64,000 nucleotides of DNA from an uncultured virus (IMG/VR IMGVR_UViG_2880350357_000003) (IMGVR_UViG_2880350357_000003:1-64000), one strand, 5' to 3'. Counted from the first letter of the stretch, positions 27,309-37,726 are shown. Notes: generated from the letters alone by a model not told the origin. Numbers and translations: made by a program.

Positions 27309-27818
27309 TCAAATCAGACCAAACGATGCGCCAATACCGCTCATGGTATCGACCACGCTCGACATAGCGGGATTAGTCTGCAGACGTGCATGCAGCGCCA
27401 TTGCCGATAATGACAACATGCGAATCCCCGCATTTACGCTAGCAATCATGTTTTGTTTTTTGGCTGTCGTGAGGCGGTCGCCGGAAACTGCACCGCTTGC
27501 CAGTTCGCCAAGTTCACTCATTGCGTGCATGACGTAGGATTGCAGTTTCTCTTTTGCCAGCTCGTTGACCGGTACGCATGGCAGGCAATGGATCTGCGCC
27601 AGAAAACCATCGACGAGGGTCGAGTCTTCGGTCAGGTCTGTCAGCGTCCAGATTTCACGCGGCGTTAACTGGTGCGGCTGTTCTGGGTTGAGTTTGTTGT
27701 AAAGCGTATGCGGCTTGATTCCGGCTTTATTCGCTAGTTCTTTCACGTTATGAGTAGCTGCGAATTTTCTGCAGGCCTCGTCAAAGTGCGCATGTGACGA
27801 AACACGAAAATCTAACAT
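27309..27818 (-). CDS. cII: CII establishment regulator (186 CP76 family)
   Basis: HFDEACRKFA, TLYNKLNPEQPHQLT. Confidence 0.9.
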   Translation of the reverse strand: MLDFRVSSHAHFDEACRKFAATHNVKELANKAGIKPHTLYNKLNPEQPHQLTPREIWTLTDLTEDSTLVDGFLAQIHCLPCVPVNELAKEKLQSYVMHAMSELGELASGAVSGDRLTTAKKQNMIASVNAGIRMLSLSAMALHARLQTNPAMSSVVDTMSGIGASFGLI

Positions 27819-27868
27819 GCTGTAACTCCCTTTAACTTGCAAAATCAAGTTCAGTTAAGCGATGACTG

Positions 27869-28222
27869 TTAGTTGATATAACGGCAATTGATAGCTTGCT
27901 GGGTCAGTTTGTCACGCCATGCTTTGACGTTGATAAGGGTGCGGCTACGCTTAGCGGCTTTTTCTTTGCTGGTAACATCTTTGGTGGGAGCTTTGAGAAG
28001 GACGCCCTCATCAATCCATTGCCAGACCAGACGCTCGCTAACGCCACGGGCGGCGGCGAAGTCTTTTACTGACATGGTGTCTAACATCGCTGTACGAATC
28101 ATGTTTTGCATGGATAGCTGCATCATGGTTACAAGCGCGTTGAACTGACCAGCGTCTAGCAATACAGTTTGATTTTGTAAGTTTTGTGCGTCATGCAGCG
28201 GGATTGATTTTGCATCTGACAT
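27869..28222 (-). CDS. Apl/Cox-like excisionase-repressor
   Basis: MSVKDFAAARGVSERLVWQWIDEG wHTH; divergent from cI. Confidence 0.8.
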   Translation of the reverse strand: MSDAKSIPLHDAQNLQNQTVLLDAGQFNALVTMMQLSMQNMIRTAMLDTMSVKDFAAARGVSERLVWQWIDEGVLLKAPTKDVTSKEKAAKRSRTLINVKAWRDKLTQQAINCRYIN

Positions 28223-28335
28223 ATCGCATTATCTCCTGTTGTTTGAAATGTAGTGCAGTGGTGTGCATCTTGGTCGATGAATGCCACTTTAAATCGAAAA
28301 TGAGTTTATGTAAATCGATTTTGGGTGATTAACGA
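28223..28335. promoter_or_regulatory. Lysis-lysogeny switch region
   Basis: Divergent cI/apl intergenic region; TGCA at 28254 and 28264; AAATCGA at 28291 and 28312. Confidence 0.6.
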
Positions 28336-29178
28336 ATGAATGATGAAGATTTGAATACGCAAGATGTGATTGAACGGATAAGTTCAGCGTATGGTGTCAG
28401 CACGCAAAGGGCTTTGGCGGAAGTGCTTGGTGTCCCGTCAAACAGCGTCAGCACTTGGGTTCAGCGAAATAGTTTTCCAGGCAAAGCTATCATTCAGTGC
28501 TCATTAGATACTGGTGCCGATTTAAACTGGCTGCTAACTGGTCAAGTTTCAAGTTTGCATTTGCAAGATTTATCTCCGCTGAAAGGAAAGTCTCTTTATG
28601 ACGAGATTTTAGCGAGTGGTGGAAAACCTGTTTTAAGGCGCATCCTTGATGCGTATGGTTTTACAATGCAAAAGGAGCTTGGGGATTTGTTGGATATCTC
28701 CTCTGGCACTATCAGCACTTGGGTAAGACGAAATTTCTTTCCCGGTGATGTGGTCGTGACATGCGCACTTGATACTGGTGTATCGCTGGAATGGTTAGCG
28801 ACCGGAAAGGGAAACATGCGAGAAAGTAAGGAGGCTGGCATTTCGGACGTTTTAACGATAAAAAAATCCCGCCTTGAATCGGGTGAACTAAAAGACGTTG
28901 GACGTTGGCACCCTGACCCCTCAATGATTCCGGCAAGCGCTGAGGATTTAGTCTTTGTTGAAGGGGTAAATTCATCTTGGCTTGTTGATTGCTCTGCCTC
29001 AAACATTGCCAATGGCCGCTGGTTAATTAGCATTGACGGCGCGCTCGATGTTTTTGATGTAGTCAGGTTGCCGGGTGGAAAGGCAAGGCTATCGAATAAG
29101 TTTGCGGAGTTTGAATGTAACTTGTCTGACATTACTCCTTCTGGGGTGATAATTTTTACTTTGGAGAAGCATGTATAA
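28336..29178 (+). CDS. cI: CI repressor, 186-type, with two tandem HTH domains
   Basis: Two copies of AYG..Q..L...L.......STWV.RN.FPG......LDTG..L.WL.TG, then a CI C-terminal domain. Confidence 0.9.
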   Translation: MNDEDLNTQDVIERISSAYGVSTQRALAEVLGVPSNSVSTWVQRNSFPGKAIIQCSLDTGADLNWLLTGQVSSLHLQDLSPLKGKSLYDEILASGGKPVLRRILDAYGFTMQKELGDLLDISSGTISTWVRRNFFPGDVVVTCALDTGVSLEWLATGKGNMRESKEAGISDVLTIKKSRLESGELKDVGRWHPDPSMIPASAEDLVFVEGVNSSWLVDCSASNIANGRWLISIDGALDVFDVVRLPGGKARLSNKFAEFECNLSDITPSGVIIFTLEKHV

Positions 29179-29741
29179 TGGATGTACTAATCAGCATACT
29201 TTCAATAGCGCTTGCTATCTACGCCGTTATCAGAATTTGCTCTAAGGCACAAAGCACTAAAACAAAGTTTTTAAAATCTATATGCGCGCTTTGGTATTTT
29301 CTGTATGCGGGTGGGATTATTGTATCTTCAGACTATGAGGAGATAGGTGTAGTACTGCTTATTGTTGGTACGGTAGTCCTTTTCTATCCTAAAAAACATA
29401 ATACGGCTACATCTACAAAGTTTTGCTCAGATAATAATAAAACCGAAAGCGCGAGCCATGATGGCTCCGAGGATGTGGTTTTTAGAAATCAGGTTGATTT
29501 GAGTAAACATAAGCATTTGCTAAAGATAGCTTTTACATATGAGAACACTAACGGCACGGTTAAATATAGAGAGGTCGATGTTAAAAAATTTGACGGTTTA
29601 TATATTGAAGGGTATTGCCACAGCAGAAAACAATATCGAACGTTTAGAATAGATAGGGTTGTTGATGGAATTACACTTCGTGATACTGGTGAGTTATTTA
29701 CTACGGAAGAATGGGACGAACAATTTTATTTGACGGTTTAG
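29178..29741 (+). CDS. Membrane protein with C-terminal WYL-like domain
   Basis: About three N-terminal hydrophobic helices; FTYENTNG..REV..YIEGYCHSRKQYRTFRIDRV. Confidence 0.8.
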   Translation: MDVLISILSIALAIYAVIRICSKAQSTKTKFLKSICALWYFLYAGGIIVSSDYEEIGVVLLIVGTVVLFYPKKHNTATSTKFCSDNNKTESASHDGSEDVVFRNQVDLSKHKHLLKIAFTYENTNGTVKYREVDVKKFDGLYIEGYCHSRKQYRTFRIDRVVDGITLRDTGELFTTEEWDEQFYLTV

Positions 29742-29762
29742 TTATATGCTCATGGGTACTTT

Positions 29763-30812
29763 ATGACTGTTAGCAAGCAGAAAAACGGTAAATGGCTATG
29801 TGAGCTTTATCCAAACGGTCGGGAAGGGCGGCGTATACGTCGGCAATTCAATACCAAAGGTGAGGCCGAGGCATTCGAAGCATTTACGAAAAGTGAGAGT
29901 GAGGATAAGCCGTGGCTTGGCAAGAAAGAAGACCGGCGGCGCTTAAGTGAGATAATCCAGCTTTGGCATAATCTGCATGGACAGGCTTTAGTTGCAAGTA
30001 AGTCACGATTGGCTAAATTGCAGATTGTATGTAATGGTCTTGGTGACCCTATCGCATCCCGCCTTACTGCTAAAGATTGGGCTCACTATCGTGATAAACG
30101 GCTTCGTGGCGAAATAGATAATGGATATCACAAAGACCCTGCAAAATGGATCGCCAAACCGATAACCGTTAACCGTGAGCAGCAGTATTTAGAAGCTGTT
30201 TTCAATGAGCTAAAGCGGTTAGGGGAATGGAGTCTACCTAATCCGCTTGATGGCATTCGTGTCTTTAAAGAAGCTGAGAAGGAAATGTCATGGCTGACTT
30301 TGTCTCAACTCCCTGAGCTGTTTCGAGCCTGCGAGCAATACGGCAAAGAAGACCTCACCATGATTGTTAAGGTGTGCCTTGCAACCGGCGCTCGATGGGG
30401 GGAAGCGGAGAGATTGACCCGCCCGCAACTTTCTCCATATAAACTGACGTTCACCAAAACCAAAGGTAAGAAGAATCGCACAGTTCCTATCCCTAAATGG
30501 CTGTACGACGAGTTGTCCGAACGTCAAGGCAGAATGTTTAAACCCTGCTATCAGGAGTTTAAAAAGATGCTCAAACTAACGAATATTGAATTGACGGAAG
30601 GGCAGAAGACGCACGTTTTGCGTCATACTTTTGGTGCGCATTTTATGATGAACGGCGGGAATATACTGGTGCTGCAGAAAATTCTCGGGCATGCCAATAT
30701 TCGAGAAACAATGAAGTATGCACACTTTGCTCCTGACCACCTTGAACAAGCTGTCACCCTCAATCCGTTATCGCTGTATGTTGGCGACAATGTGGCGGCA
30801 GAGGTTGCATAA
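29763..30812 (+). CDS. int: Tyrosine integrase (186/HP1 type)
   Basis: TGARWGE, HVLRHTF, LGH, Y(AH) catalytic residues. Confidence 0.96.
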   Translation: MTVSKQKNGKWLCELYPNGREGRRIRRQFNTKGEAEAFEAFTKSESEDKPWLGKKEDRRRLSEIIQLWHNLHGQALVASKSRLAKLQIVCNGLGDPIASRLTAKDWAHYRDKRLRGEIDNGYHKDPAKWIAKPITVNREQQYLEAVFNELKRLGEWSLPNPLDGIRVFKEAEKEMSWLTLSQLPELFRACEQYGKEDLTMIVKVCLATGARWGEAERLTRPQLSPYKLTFTKTKGKKNRTVPIPKWLYDELSERQGRMFKPCYQEFKKMLKLTNIELTEGQKTHVLRHTFGAHFMMNGGNILVLQKILGHANIRETMKYAHFAPDHLEQAVTLNPLSLYVGDNVAAEVA

Positions 30813-30860
30813 CACTGCAATTCATTGCATTAAAAATTACTTTAACTAGTTGTTTTATAT
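30782..30860. promoter_or_regulatory. att arm: Int arm-type, Apl-type and IHF-like sites
   Basis: TGGCGACA/TGGCGGCA repeats; TGCA at 30806/30816/30826; IHF-like TAACTAGTTGTTT. Confidence 0.55.
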
Positions 30861-30893
30861 GGTGGGTGCTTGTTTGCTGTGGGGTGTTAATAG

Positions 30894-30908
30894 GAGCGTC
30901 TTAACTAA
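30894..30908 (+). other. Putative att core = duplicated 3' end of rplS
   Basis: GAG CGT CTT AAC TAA = ERLN*, the C-terminus of L19; rplS normally converges on yfiN. Confidence 0.75.
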
Positions 30909-30946
30909 GAACGCGCTTTCGCAACATCCGAAAGCTTGTAGAAAAG

Positions 30947-30977
30947 AAGGGGCTGGCATTACGCTGGCCCCTTTTTT
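30947..30977 (+). terminator. Host rplS-operon terminator (probably bidirectional)
   Basis: aaggggctggc-attac-gctggcccc-tttttt. Confidence 0.8.
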
Positions 30978-31063
30978 ATGGGTTGCTCCACGCCATAGAC
31001 GGTTACATGATTAGGCCGGGTCAGTGGTATCAACGCTGAATCAGAAACGGCCAGGCCCGTTCC

Positions 31064-32284
31064 TTAGTTTAGCGAGCGTTCCGCACGCCGGTGTTTAGCC
31101 TGATACATATTTCGATCGGCCAGTTCTTGTAGTTTTTCGGCAGTGGCATGTTCCCATGTCAGCGCAAAGCCAATACTCATGGTCATCGTTATCCGCTGGC
31201 CGTTATGCAGTTCAAAAGGTCGATTAAACGCCTGGGATAGCGCTGCGCAAATACGTTGTACTTCATATTCCGAATGTACATCGTAAAGCACCATCGCAAA
31301 TTCATCGCCGCCGAGTCGGTAAGTCTGATAACGGCTACCACCGAATTCCGCTAATCTTTTGGCAACCTCTATAAGTACGCGGTCGCCTGCCGCATGTCCC
31401 CAGGTATCATTAATATATTTAAAGTTATCGCCATCCAGAAATAACAATGCCGAACTGCTACGAGCGGAATTGTCCTTCATCAGCGCGTTAATACAGCTGC
31501 GAAATGCTGCGCGATTGGCAAGCCCCGTCAGCGGATCGTGCAGCGCGGTACGTAGTAACTGGGCATTTTTAGCCTGAAGCCGTAGCTGCCATTCTTCCAT
31601 CTCATCCAGAAGGCTATTGAAATCCTGCGCAAACAGGTGAAATTCCGCAATACGCTCATCAGGTACCCGGCGTGAAAAATTTCGGTTAGTGCGAACGTCG
31701 TGTACAACTTCAGTAATATTTTGCAGCGCATCCACAACGCCATTGTGTAAATAACGCGTGAGCAGCAGGGCAATGCCGGATGCCAGCAGAATACATCCTG
31801 TCAGCACTGCCAGCGATAGCCAGATAAAATGACCAATAAGGCTGTCGCGGGCGACAAGCCGTACTTCGCCGATGGCCCTGCCGTTGTGCCAGACGGGTTG
31901 CGATACCGGCAATGGAAAAAGCCAGTGGCTAATTAAGCCAATGAGCTTATCGTCTGCGGCTCGCGCATCATAGCGCCATGAGGCGATAATACGGCCATTT
32001 TTATCGCGGACCTCCGCCGCTGAAAATTGTCCCTGGCGTCCCAGTGTGGCGAGCGTTTCCGCTGCGGCCGTGTTATCGGAAAATACCAGTGCCGCTTCAA
32101 GGCTATGGGCCATTGTGGCGGCGGTCAAATCGAGATTCTTTTGCGCATACTGTTTGAGCGTAAGGACAGACGCAACGCAAATTAATAGCCAGATCAATGT
32201 CATCGTAAGCAGCACGCTGATTATACTAATCCGCCGTAGTGTGCGTTTAAATGTTGGTCTGGACAGAGAAAATTCCTTATTCAT
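31064..32284 (-). CDS. yfiN: Diguanylate cyclase DgcN/YfiN
   Basis: 2 TM + HAMP + [17 protein letters not shown]. Confidence 0.95.
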   Translation of the reverse strand: MNKEFSLSRPTFKRTLRRISIISVLLTMTLIWLLICVASVLTLKQYAQKNLDLTAATMAHSLEAALVFSDNTAAAETLATLGRQGQFSAAEVRDKNGRIIASWRYDARAADDKLIGLISHWLFPLPVSQPVWHNGRAIGEVRLVARDSLIGHFIWLSLAVLTGCILLASGIALLLTRYLHNGVVDALQNITEVVHDVRTNRNFSRRVPDERIAEFHLFAQDFNSLLDEMEEWQLRLQAKNAQLLRTALHDPLTGLANRAAFRSCINALMKDNSARSSSALLFLDGDNFKYINDTWGHAAGDRVLIEVAKRLAEFGGSRYQTYRLGGDEFAMVLYDVHSEYEVQRICAALSQAFNRPFELHNGQRITMTMSIGFALTWEHATAEKLQELADRNMYQAKHRRAERSLN

Positions 32285-32795
32285 GCTTTTGATTCCGTGC
32301 AAGCATTAATACTTCTGGATTCACTCTCACGCCGCTATGCGCGAGGGAGTCCAGGTTGACGGAAAATTTGACTTCATCATTGTTAATGATCAGACAAAAT
32401 GCGCTGCCAATAATACATTCGGTATTTTGCTCGGCAATTAATAACAAGGCATTAACTGGATAATGACGCGTTAACTCCACCTGATAAGCTGGCGATTCAT
32501 TGCCAAAGTAAAAACCATCACAGTGGGCGCTCAGGGCTTCTTGTGTGGTACGGATGACAAGCGGTTGATAAGGGAAAGCCCAGTCAGCCTCTTCGCTAAG
32601 TACCCTGACAAAACGCGCAGATGAAAATATGCATAGCCTTGGCGGCCCGGATAACGCCGGCCAGTGTGTATAACTGACGATACCGGAGACGATAGCGCGT
32701 ACGGATTTCTCTTCTTCCGTGACGCGTTGAGCATACAGAGGCAAGCTTGCTAATAATAGCGATAACAGAAGGATAAATCGGTGAGAAAAACGCAT
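32277..32795 (-). CDS. yfiR: Periplasmic regulator YfiR
   Basis: Signal peptide, [26 protein letters not shown]. Confidence 0.93.
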   Translation of the reverse strand: MRFSHRFILLLSLLLASLPLYAQRVTEEEKSVRAIVSGIVSYTHWPALSGPPRLCIFSSARFVRVLSEEADWAFPYQPLVIRTTQEALSAHCDGFYFGNESPAYQVELTRHYPVNALLLIAEQNTECIIGSAFCLIINNDEVKFSVNLDSLAHSGVRVNPEVLMLARNQKHE

Positions 32796-33071
32796 TAACA
32801 AGTCCCCACCATCTTCAGTCGTAAAGCATTAAAATACATCCGTGATTGTTTGTAGCAAAATAACATTATTTTGCCATATCGTCATTATGTCTTATTGATA
32901 ATATGAATAATTTAAGTGGCGTCCCTGATATTAAATTCTTGTGATAATGGTATTAATCACCCTATATCAGAAAGTAAAAATATGTGTGCGGAGAAAAAAT
33001 AATCAAAAAATAGCGAGCATCGCTCATTTTACCGTTTTTCTGAGGCTGGGAATAAAATAATTCACTTGTTG

Positions 33072-33177
33072 TGTAAAGTTTTTGATACGAAACGAAGGGG
33101 GTTAATCGACGATTGCGTGTGGTGTAAAGTTTATTTTACGTAATATGGATTGAAATCTTTACTTTTTGTGGTATGGT
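33072..33177 (+). promoter_or_regulatory. aroF promoter with TyrR boxes
   Basis: TGTAAA-N6-GATACG (33072) and TGTAAA-N6-TTTACG (33123); TTGAAA -35 at 33150, TATGGT -10. Confidence 0.8.
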
Positions 33178-33234
33178 TTAAACATCCTCGTGGAGGATCA
33201 ACTATCGCAAACAAGAAAAGACAGGATCGCCATC

Positions 33235-34305
33235 ATGCAAAAAGACGCGCTGAATAACGTACGTATCACCGATGAACAGGTATTAATGACACCGGAGCAG
33301 CTTAAAGCGGCCTTTCCGTTGAGCCTGGCGCAGGAAGCGCAGATAGCGCAGTCCCGGGGAATCATTTCTGACATTATTGCCGGGCGCGATCCGCGTCTGT
33401 TGGTGGTATGCGGTCCTTGTTCTATTCACGATCCTGAAACCGCTCTGGAATATGCCCGTCGATTTAAAGCCCTTGCCGCAGAGGTCAGCGATAGCCTCTA
33501 TCTGGTAATGCGCGTCTATTTTGAAAAGCCGCGGACTACCGTCGGCTGGAAAGGGCTGATTAACGATCCTCACATGGATGGCTCATTTGATGTGGAAGCC
33601 GGGTTGAAAATAGCGCGTCAGCTACTGGTGGAACTGGTGAATATGGGGTTGCCATTGGCGACCGAAGCGTTGGATCCGAACAGCCCGCAATACCTGGGCG
33701 ATCTGTTTAGCTGGTCGGCGATAGGCGCGCGCACAACCGAATCGCAAACCCACCGCGAAATGGCGTCTGGTCTTTCTATGCCGGTCGGCTTTAAAAACGG
33801 CACGGATGGCAGCCTGGCGACAGCGATTAACGCCATGCGCGCCGCTGCGCAACCTCATCGTTTTGTTGGCATTAACCAGGCCGGTCAGGTTGCGTTATTG
33901 CAAACCCAGGGAAATCCGCATGGCCATGTAATTCTGCGTGGCGGCAAAGCGCCAAACTATAGCCCGGCAGATGTCGCTCAGTGTGAAAAAGAGATGGAAC
34001 AGGCGGGACTACGTCCTTCGCTGATGGTAGATTGCAGTCATGGTAACTCCAATAAAGATTATCGCCGCCAGCCAGCCGTTGCCGAATCTGTGGTTGCGCA
34101 GATTAAAGATGGCAATCGTTCAATCATTGGCTTAATGATTGAAAGTAATATTCATGAGGGTAATCAGTCTTCCGAACAGCCGCGCAGCGAAATGAAGTAT
34201 GGCGTTTCCGTCACCGATGCTTGTATTAGCTGGGAGATGACCGATGCCCTGTTACGTGAAATTCATAAAGATTTGAGCGGCCAGCTGGCGGTGCGCGTCG
34301 CATAA
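33235..34305 (+). CDS. aroF: Tyr-sensitive DAHP synthase
   Basis: MQKDALNNV start; GPCSIHD, KPRTTVGWKG, DCSHGNS. Confidence 0.98.
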   Translation: MQKDALNNVRITDEQVLMTPEQLKAAFPLSLAQEAQIAQSRGIISDIIAGRDPRLLVVCGPCSIHDPETALEYARRFKALAAEVSDSLYLVMRVYFEKPRTTVGWKGLINDPHMDGSFDVEAGLKIARQLLVELVNMGLPLATEALDPNSPQYLGDLFSWSAIGARTTESQTHREMASGLSMPVGFKNGTDGSLATAINAMRAAAQPHRFVGINQAGQVALLQTQGNPHGHVILRGGKAPNYSPADVAQCEKEMEQAGLRPSLMVDCSHGNSNKDYRRQPAVAESVVAQIKDGNRSIIGLMIESNIHEGNQSSEQPRSEMKYGVSVTDACISWEMTDALLREIHKDLSGQLAVRVA

Positions 34306-34314
34306 GAGGTTGTT

Positions 34315-35436
34315 ATGGTTGCTGAATTGACCGCATTACGCGATCAAATAGATGATGTCGATAAAGCGTTGTTGAATTTACTGGCTAAGCGCCTGGAACT
34401 GGTAGCCAAAGTCGGCGAGGTGAAAAGCCGTTTTGGCCTGCCTATTTACGTGCCGGAGCGTGAGGCCTCTATGCTGGCTTCACGACGGGCGGAAGCAGAA
34501 GCGATCGGTGTCCCGCCCGATCTCATTGAAGATGTCCTGCGCCGGGTAATGCGTGAATCTTACTCCAGCGAAAATGATAAGGGGTTCAAAACGCTTTGTC
34601 CTTCTCTGCGTCCGGTCGTCATTGTGGGTGGCGGCGGACAGATGGGGCGTCTGTTTGAAAAAATGCTCACGCTGTCGGGCTATCAGGTCCGTATTCTGGA
34701 ACAACAGGACTGGCCGCGCGCCGGGGACATTGTCGCCGATGCCGGAATGGTGATCGTCAGCGTGCCGATTCATGTTACTGAACAGGTCATAGCGCAACTG
34801 CCGCCCCTGCCGTCCGACTGTATTCTGGTCGATCTGGCATCGGTGAAAAGCGCTCCGTTGCAGGCAATGTTGGCGGCCCATGATGGCCCCGTGTTGGGCT
34901 TGCATCCGATGTTTGGTCCGGACAGCGGGAGCCTGGCGAAGCAGGTGGTGGTCTGGTGTGACGGGCGTCAACCGGAAGCGTATCAGTGGTTCCTTGAGCA
35001 AATCCAGGTGTGGGGCGCGCGGTTGCACCGAATTAGCGCTGTCGAGCACGATCAGAACATGGCTTTTATCCAGGCGTTGCGCCACTTTGCTACCTTCGCT
35101 TATGGGCTGCATCTGGCGGAAGAGAACGTCCAGCTTGAGCAGCTTCTGGCGCTATCATCGCCGATTTATCGACTGGAGCTGGCGATGGTCGGGCGTCTGT
35201 TCGCCCAGGACCCGCAACTGTATGCGGACATTATTATGTCGTCGGAGCGCAATCTGGCGCTTATCAAGCGTTACTATAAACGTTTTGGCGATGCGATCGG
35301 GTTACTGGAACAGGGCGATAAGCAGGCTTTTATCGACAGTTTTCGCAAAGTTGAACACTGGTTTGGCGATTATGCCAGACGCTTCCAGAATGAAAGCCGT
35401 GTGTTATTGCGTCAGGCGAATGACAGCCGACCATAA
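34315..35436 (+). CDS. tyrA: Chorismate mutase/prephenate dehydrogenase
   Basis: [27 protein letters not shown]. Confidence 0.98.
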   Translation: MVAELTALRDQIDDVDKALLNLLAKRLELVAKVGEVKSRFGLPIYVPEREASMLASRRAEAEAIGVPPDLIEDVLRRVMRESYSSENDKGFKTLCPSLRPVVIVGGGGQMGRLFEKMLTLSGYQVRILEQQDWPRAGDIVADAGMVIVSVPIHVTEQVIAQLPPLPSDCILVDLASVKSAPLQAMLAAHDGPVLGLHPMFGPDSGSLAKQVVVWCDGRQPEAYQWFLEQIQVWGARLHRISAVEHDQNMAFIQALRHFATFAYGLHLAEENVQLEQLLALSSPIYRLELAMVGRLFAQDPQLYADIIMSSERNLALIKRYYKRFGDAIGLLEQGDKQAFIDSFRKVEHWFGDYARRFQNESRVLLRQANDSRP

Positions 35437-35452
35437 TGATGACATCTATACT

Positions 35453-35477
35453 AAAAGCCAGCTTTGCTGGCTTTTTT
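35453..35477 (+). terminator. tyrA terminator
   Basis: aaaagccagc-ttt-gctggctttttt. Confidence 0.85.
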
Positions 35478-35493
35478 CGTTTAAGGAACCGTT

Positions 35494-36402
35494 ATGACTA
35501 CGCCGCACGTTTTATTTGATTATGTCGGACATCTACCAGAATGCCCCACATGGAGCGAGGATGAAAGCGCGCTGTATTGGACCGATATCCTGGAACAGGA
35601 GATCCATCGTTACCATCCGGCGAGCGGGACGCATAGCGTGCTGGCGTTTCCGGAAGAAGTGGGCTGTTTTGCCTTGCGTGAGCAGGGCGGATTTATTGTG
35701 GCCATGCGTCATGCTATCTGGCTGGCCGATAAAAATGGATTATTGCAGCGTAAGGTTTGCGACAATCCCTCTAATACGAAACTGGCGCGTTTCAACGATG
35801 GCGGCACTGATGGCGATGGACGTTTTTATGCCGGAACGTTCTGGGCGCCAGGTGACTATAATGGCGCGTTGCTGATGCGGATCGATCATGACCTGACGGC
35901 AAAAGTGATCCAGTGCGATATCCTGGGACACAACGGCCTGGCGTTCAGCCCGGATAACCAGTGGATGTATACCTCCGATACGCCGAATGGCGTGATATAC
36001 CGCACGTTACTTGATAAGCATGGCGAACCGGGCAAGCGTGAACTTTTTCGCCATTTTGGCGAAGGAGAAGGACTTCCCGACGGCGCGGCGATGGATAGTG
36101 AAGGGTGCTACTGGAGCGCGATGTTTGACGGCTGGCGCGTGGCGCGTTTCTCACCGCAAGGAGAGCAGCTGGAAGAGTACCGGTTGCCGGTACGTTGTCC
36201 GACGATGGTTTGCTTTGGCGGCGCAGATATGAAAACGCTGTTTATTACAACTACCAGAGAAAATATGTCTGCTCAGGAAGTGGCGGATTATCCGCTCTCC
36301 GGCGCCATCTTCACCCTGCAGGTAGCCGTCGCAGGGATGAAGAAAAGCCGTTTTATTGAACGTCAGGCAGGTTCTACCGGCACGACGTTTTCGCTGGGAT
36401 AG
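35494..36402 (+). CDS. SMP-30/gluconolactonase family protein
   Basis: [37 protein letters not shown]. Confidence 0.92.
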   Translation: MTTPHVLFDYVGHLPECPTWSEDESALYWTDILEQEIHRYHPASGTHSVLAFPEEVGCFALREQGGFIVAMRHAIWLADKNGLLQRKVCDNPSNTKLARFNDGGTDGDGRFYAGTFWAPGDYNGALLMRIDHDLTAKVIQCDILGHNGLAFSPDNQWMYTSDTPNGVIYRTLLDKHGEPGKRELFRHFGEGEGLPDGAAMDSEGCYWSAMFDGWRVARFSPQGEQLEEYRLPVRCPTMVCFGGADMKTLFITTTRENMSAQEVADYPLSGAIFTLQVAVAGMKKSRFIERQAGSTGTTFSLG

Positions 36403-37523
36403 CAGCCAAGCACTTTCATTGAGCGCGTGATCTCGCCCAGCTCTTTTAGCGCGCTTTGCATTACCTGCGACTCCAGGTTCGCCTGAATATCGAGATAAAA
36501 CATCTCTTCCCACGGATTGCCGTGAATGGGGCGCGACTCCAGTTTCGTCATGATGAGATTGTGGTTACGCAGCACCAGCAGCGCTTCGACCAGCGCGCCA
36601 GCCTGCTGCCCGGTGGCTATTAACAGAGTGGTTTTTGCCGGAACCTGATCGGAAACGTTGATGGCTTTGCGCGCCAGTACCAGAAAGCGGGTGATATTCT
36701 GCGTCTGGTTTGCGGCGATGCGTTCCAGCACCTGTAAACCGTGCAACATGCCGCCTGCCTCGCTGCCGAGCGCCGCGACGCGCGGAGAGTTCGCCTGCGC
36801 GACTTTTTCCATCGCGGCCGACGTACTCTCGGTATAGTTGATTTTCCAGTGCGGATAGCGGCTCAAAAATTTACTGCACTGCTGGAACGGCTGCGGATGG
36901 CTGTACACCGTTTCGATGGTATTCAGATCCGTAGCGCCGGAAACCAGCACGCAGTGATCGATAGTGACGGTCATCTCACCGACAATCGACAGACTGGTGT
37001 GTTGCAATAAGTCGTACACATCGTTGATAGCGCCGGAGCTGGTGTTCTCTATCGGAACCACGGCGTAATCGGCCTGGCCGGTTTCGACCTGATGAAAAAT
37101 ATCGGTGAATTTTGCGCAACCGCTCTCAATAAATTGCTCAAAATGGCGTGCGGCATACTGGCGCGCCGCGAGATGAGAATAGGAGCCTTTCGGCCCAAGA
37201 AACGCAATACGTGCCGAATGAGGGTGAGTATTATTCAGATGTTGTTGCAGCAGCGCCTGCTGAGTAAGCACGGAGTCTTCAATGATAAGCTGGAACAGAC
37301 GGGTAATGTAGTGTGCGTCGAGATGGTGGGCTTTACCGAAATGGATGAGCCTGTCCAGCAGCGCGCGTTCACGATCGATATCCCGAACCGGACGATGCGA
37401 CAGTAGTTTTGCTTGTCCCACTTCAATCGCCAGCGCGCGTCGTTTTGCCAGTAAGGCCAGTAACTCTTCGTCTAAGGCGCTGATTTTATCTCGCAGCGCC
37501 AGTAATGGGTTTTCCGATGTCAT
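36363..37523 (-). CDS. pheA: Chorismate mutase/prephenate dehydratase
   Basis: [29 protein letters not shown]. Confidence 0.98.
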   Translation of the reverse strand: MTSENPLLALRDKISALDEELLALLAKRRALAIEVGQAKLLSHRPVRDIDRERALLDRLIHFGKAHHLDAHYITRLFQLIIEDSVLTQQALLQQHLNNTHPHSARIAFLGPKGSYSHLAARQYAARHFEQFIESGCAKFTDIFHQVETGQADYAVVPIENTSSGAINDVYDLLQHTSLSIVGEMTVTIDHCVLVSGATDLNTIETVYSHPQPFQQCSKFLSRYPHWKINYTESTSAAMEKVAQANSPRVAALGSEAGGMLHGLQVLERIAANQTQNITRFLVLARKAINVSDQVPAKTTLLIATGQQAGALVEALLVLRNHNLIMTKLESRPIHGNPWEEMFYLDIQANLESQVMQSALKELGEITRSMKVLGCYPSENVVPVEPA

Positions 37524-37547
37524 AGTGTTGCCTTTTTTGTTATCAAT

Positions 37548-37576
37548 AAAAAAGGCCTCCCGGTGGGGGAGGCCTT
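37548..37576 (-). terminator. phe attenuator terminator
   Basis: aaggcctcc..ggaggcc + T-run between pheL and pheA. Confidence 0.88.
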
Positions 37577-37622
37577 CTTGTTCGTCTTCGCATTCTTTAT
37601 CACATGACGAAACGCCTCCCGG

Positions 37623-37670
37623 TCAGGGGAAGATAAAAAAGAATGCGAAGAAAAACCGGGTTAGCTTCAT
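37623..37670 (-). CDS. pheL: phe operon leader peptide MKLTRFFFAFFFIFP
   Basis: 15 codons, 7 of them Phe, upstream of the attenuator. Confidence 0.95.
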   Translation of the reverse strand: MKLTRFFFAFFFIFP

Positions 37671-37695
37671 AACTGTTTCCTTTGTGTACGTAAGT

Positions 37696-37725
37696 ACAGT
37701 ACTCGTACTGTTTTAATCCTGTCAA
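37696..37725 (-). promoter_or_regulatory. pheLA promoter
   Basis: TTGACA (37725-37720) and TACTGT -10-like hexamer. Confidence 0.7.
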
Positions 37726-37726
37726 C

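Larger units (their letters stand above)
1..30908. mobile_element. P2-family (186/PsP3-like) prophage 1; left end outside window
   Basis: Complete P2-type gene order D-U-T-E-FII-FI-G-H-I-J-W-V-S-R-lysis-X-L-M-N-O / P-Q, cos, tum, A, early genes, cII, apl, cI, int. Confidence 0.96.

Noticed and set aside
30813..31063. tRNA or tmRNA at the integration site
   Set aside because: No cloverleaf or T-arm (GTTCRA) signature; the junction matches the rplS 3' end instead.
36363..36402. Convergent 40-bp overlap of the SMP-30 gene and pheA as a regulatory device
   Set aside because: A short tail-to-tail overlap in core genes; nothing in the sequence indicates function.
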